Positions 17,310 to 19,978 of a stretch of DNA of 19,978 nt are shown here, in pieces; within the stretch, counting starts at the first letter, position 1, and the number at the start of each line of letters is the position of its first letter. Below the pieces are notes generated by a model. That model was not told the DNA's origin and ran no database searches. It was given only the letters and a program-made list of their open reading frames with translations. The stretch covers positions 1-19,978 of the forward strand of contig JAYTHU010000009.1 in NCBI GenBank assembly GCA_043732305.1, in the 5' to 3' direction. The translations under genes and the position numbers were made by a program. The stretch is from Oligoflexia bacterium. Its GTDB lineage: Bacteria; Bdellovibrionota; Bdellovibrionia; JABDDW01.

Positions 17310-18647
17310 TAGGTAGTCGCAGCCACCATCGATAGTGGTTGGAGCTTTCCAAACATTCAATAAAACACCACCTACGAATTGGGCTCCACTGATTTGACTG
17401 AAAGTTGCAGAAATATCTTTCATAATTGTGTTAGGGGTGCACAGGTCAGTCATGAGAGTTTTTATCCAGCCGATTTTTTGTCCGCGGTCTTTAGCCTCTT
17501 TGACCTGGATAAGAGTAGTCAAAAAGTCATTATAGTAGTAATAAATGTTTTTATCCGCGTCCGGATCCGTCAATCGGCTTAAGATATAACTCATGTATAT
17601 CGGCATGACTGCTTTGTTGCTATATCCTTCTGATGGTTGCCCATGGTCGATCTTAAAAGTGTTAAAATTGATTGGGCTCGCATGTTGAAAGATAAACGAA
17701 TCAACTGGGCGCGCGGCGCTCAGGTTTTGCCATTGAGCAATCGGGACCACGGCGTCCCATGTGTCATGAATTACGAGTATCTGAGACGTTTTGTTTTCAA
17801 CAGCTAATTTAGAATAGGTGAAGTCGCTCAGAGGCGCTACCGACATACGACGTAAATAGGATCGAAAAAAGTTTTCGGCAAATGCTAGTAAACTTGGATT
17901 AGCAGTTATCCGGGTGCTCTCCGTACTCATAAAATCAAATTCACTTTCGAGATCAATTAACGGCGTCACTCCTACGATTACTTTCGGCTTAATCACCGAC
18001 TTGCGAGACGCGTGCAACGACACAAAACCACCAAGTGAAGCGCCGATAGAAGCCACCCGGGATGTGTCGATCAATTTAAGATCCGCGAGATGATTCAACA
18101 CTTCCGTGTAATCCTGAGCATAGTCCTTTAGTTTGCGTCCTAAGTAAAACCGGTTGTAAACCACAACGGCAGACACACCGGAGTTTAAAAAGACCCCACC
18201 GAATCCCACCGCATCGGGGATCGAACTGTGGTAATAGGCGATGACGTCGCCCGACCCAGGGAGGTAGTTAGGTCCATTTATATCAGCTGTTAAAATGCCT
18301 TGGCCAGTTGGGTCTTTAGCTGCCCAATCAAGATCCATTGGATCTCCGGTCCAACTGATCCCAGTGTATGGTAGCGAAACCACAACGGCAGGGCATGTTG
18401 TCGGGCAAGCGGCCACAAATTGAAAATAAATCGGCCCCGATGCCGTCATCAGCCGAAAATTTTGTACATTGTATTTTCCCGAGTCAATTTCATATGGAGT
18501 TTCTGACAGTTTGACGAGGATCAAACCCGGGTCTGTATTGGTCACGCTTTCGACGGCCCCATCGGTTTTTGGAGAGGAACAGTTCACGAAAATTAGCGAA
18601 CCAAGGCCAGAAAAAAGTACAAATGTGATCAGAGCTTTGCAACCCAT
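17283..18647 (-). CDS. Lipoprotein with alpha/beta-hydrolase fold (esterase/peptidase-like)
   Basis: SD GGAGG before ATG 18647, signal MGCKALITFVLFSGLGSLIFVNC, nucleophile elbow GASLGG, acid motif VIHDTWDAVVP and candidate His in DHGQ. Confidence 0.8.
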   Translation of the reverse strand: MGCKALITFVLFSGLGSLIFVNCSSPKTDGAVESVTNTDPGLILVKLSETPYEIDSGKYNVQNFRLMTASGPIYFQFVAACPTTCPAVVVSLPYTGISWTGDPMDLDWAAKDPTGQGILTADINGPNYLPGSGDVIAYYHSSIPDAVGFGGVFLNSGVSAVVVYNRFYLGRKLKDYAQDYTEVLNHLADLKLIDTSRVASIGASLGGFVSLHASRKSVIKPKVIVGVTPLIDLESEFDFMSTESTRITANPSLLAFAENFFRSYLRRMSVAPLSDFTYSKLAVENKTSQILVIHDTWDAVVPIAQWQNLSAARPVDSFIFQHASPINFNTFKIDHGQPSEGYSNKAVMPIYMSYILSRLTDPDADKNIYYYYNDFLTTLIQVKEAKDRGQKIGWIKTLMTDLCTPNTIMKDISATFSQISGAQFVGGVLLNVWKAPTTIDGGCDYLLAHPDFFN

Positions 18648-18763
18648 ATAACCTCCCGCGCAGGAATTGAGAACGAACCAGACTTGCGTATTACTAATAA
18701 ATAAAATCAAAACTCATCAATCGACCTTGCGCATCGTTCCTAATTCACGCCTGCCCGACAAAG

Positions 18764-19123
18764 TCATTTGCCATCCAGAAGCTGGTAAGTCTCTAGGCCA
18801 GACTGCAGGTCTGACGGGCAAGCATCGCTAAAAGGCTCTGTCAATGCCGCGTGCGACAAGCCTTTTTCTAAAGAAAACTGGCGGGCTAGCTCATGCCCCC
18901 ATTGAATATTGCGGCGAAGATCAGAAGCCTTAGGACTGGCAATACAGTGTTCGTTTTGATTTAAATTTGAAGATTTGGAATTGATCCATTGGTTCGCAAC
19001 TAGAGTCACAGCATGCAAAGAAGCGGTCGACAAAATCAACGCCGCTTTTTGACCAAGCGCGCGTTCACGAATACGCATTTTCAAAGTATGTTGTTTTGAA
19101 TGGTCGATCACTTGATTTGTCAT
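18764..19123 (-). CDS. Hypothetical protein (119 aa)
   Basis: ATG start with purine-rich GAGGAAAGGG upstream. No recognisable motif. Confidence 0.5.
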   Translation of the reverse strand: MTNQVIDHSKQHTLKMRIRERALGQKAALILSTASLHAVTLVANQWINSKSSNLNQNEHCIASPKASDLRRNIQWGHELARQFSLEKGLSHAALTEPFSDACPSDLQSGLETYQLLDGK

Positions 19124-19331
19124 TTAGTGCCCTTTCCTCAACTATAACCTAAGATTATGAATTCTCCACACAACTTCTTAAATTACAACTTTTCGAGAGC
19201 TGTCCCATTGTAACGGACAATGAGCCTGCCACCGAATTGTTAGAACCCCGACGAACGACCTATTCTCGCTTAACGAATCAAGTTAAAATATTTCAGTTTG
19301 AGAAATACAGAACTGACTTTAATCAATCAGA

Positions 19332-19472
19332 CTACCAGGCGGAAGCCCGCGACTCCCAGAGGAATTTGACTGTTGCAACTTGAACACAATGATTCGACCG
19401 ATTCAAGTTCCCAGCCAATGCTGCCATAATAATGATGACGAAGGCAAAATTTGAAATTTTATCTAAACTCAT
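19332..19472 (-). CDS. Small (46 aa) membrane-anchored ORF, possibly degenerate
   Basis: Translated by hand as MSLDKISNFAFVIIIMAALAGNLNRSNHCVQVATVKFLWESRASAW, with one N-terminal hydrophobic helix and no clear SD. Confidence 0.45.
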   Translation of the reverse strand: MSLDKISNFAFVIIIMAALAGNLNRSNHCVQVATVKFLWESRASAW

Positions 19473-19844
19473 AATTAACTAAGCTTAGCAACTTTTTGGA
19501 CTCGGAAATTCACCAGCAGGCGAGACAAAAGTATTCAGATTTTATGCACCAGAAACGTCGCAATAAAAAACTAAGTTGACGAAGCTGCCGACAGTGGCCG
19601 TTAATGCACTCTTCGGTCATTGGCTTTCAGCTTTTTAATTCAAAACTGGGATTTGGTGAAGTCGGCAATGCTCTTCTCGGGAGAGCGCGATTTGGGGCTC
19701 AATCATTTGTCATTATTCACTTGTTCTGCTGGGAAATAGAAATCTCACTTTGCGGTTAACTCTCTTTTCATTGTTCGGAAGCGCAAAATTTTTTCGGCGA
19801 ACTCGTAGTATCAACCAGTAAAACTCGTAAAATTCAATTCGGTA

Positions 19845-19878
19845 AAATGAAAAAATTAGGTAAATGAAAAAATTAGGT
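19845..19878. repeat. Perfect 17-bp tandem direct repeat (2 copies)
   Basis: AAATGAAAAAATTAGGT at 19845-19861 and 19862-19878. Confidence 0.9.
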
Positions 19879-19978
19879 AAAAACGTATTGACTCACGGGT
19901 AAAGGTGACCGAAGAGGGTTCATGATCCTGTTAATCTTTTCTTCTTTTCCATTTCGACTATTCTGAAGAAAAAGTTTA

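Noticed and set aside
19601..19771. Minus-strand ATG...TAA frame with three in-frame TGA codons (recoding or selenoprotein idea)
   Set aside because: TGA terminates real genes in this window (liuB, BCCP, rluA family). There is no SD, recognisable SECIS or homology, so chance or decay is more likely.
19845..19878. CRISPR array
   Set aside because: Two abutting 17-bp copies with no spacers and no cas genes.
19874..19978. 3' end of a minus-strand gene entering from beyond the window
   Set aside because: Two frames are open for only about 19 and 34 codons, so neither frame nor product can be assigned.

Overview
This window looks like core chromosome of a Bdellovibrionota-like bacterium (taxon inferred from protein styles and gene order, not verified), followed by about 5 kb of accessory or decaying DNA. 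The left part carries rpoD (5'-partial), tRNA-Ile2(CAU), an ERIC-like ~124-bp hairpin abutting the tRNA 3' end, rnhA, a lipoprotein gene flanked by inverted REP-like motifs, rnpB (type-A RNase P RNA apparently lacking P13/P14), a stand-alone AMMECR1 protein, a hot-dog-like ORF and an M1 aminopeptidase with HEAT repeats. The middle is a minus-strand leucine catabolism operon (MCC beta, methylglutaconyl-CoA hydratase, split MCC alpha, HMG-CoA lyase) ending in a secreted CE4 deacetylase, with a divergent RluA-family pseudouridine synthase. The right part has a secreted HExxH metallopeptidase with a sigma-54-like site, a short lipoprotein ORF, an IS66 TnpA-like remnant, an alpha/beta-hydrolase lipoprotein, small ORFs and a structured, repeat-containing non-coding tail. 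I see no CRISPR array, rRNA or clear new multi-gene system. The best leads are non-coding: the tRNA-abutting hairpin, the REP-like motif family and the reduced RNase P RNA.
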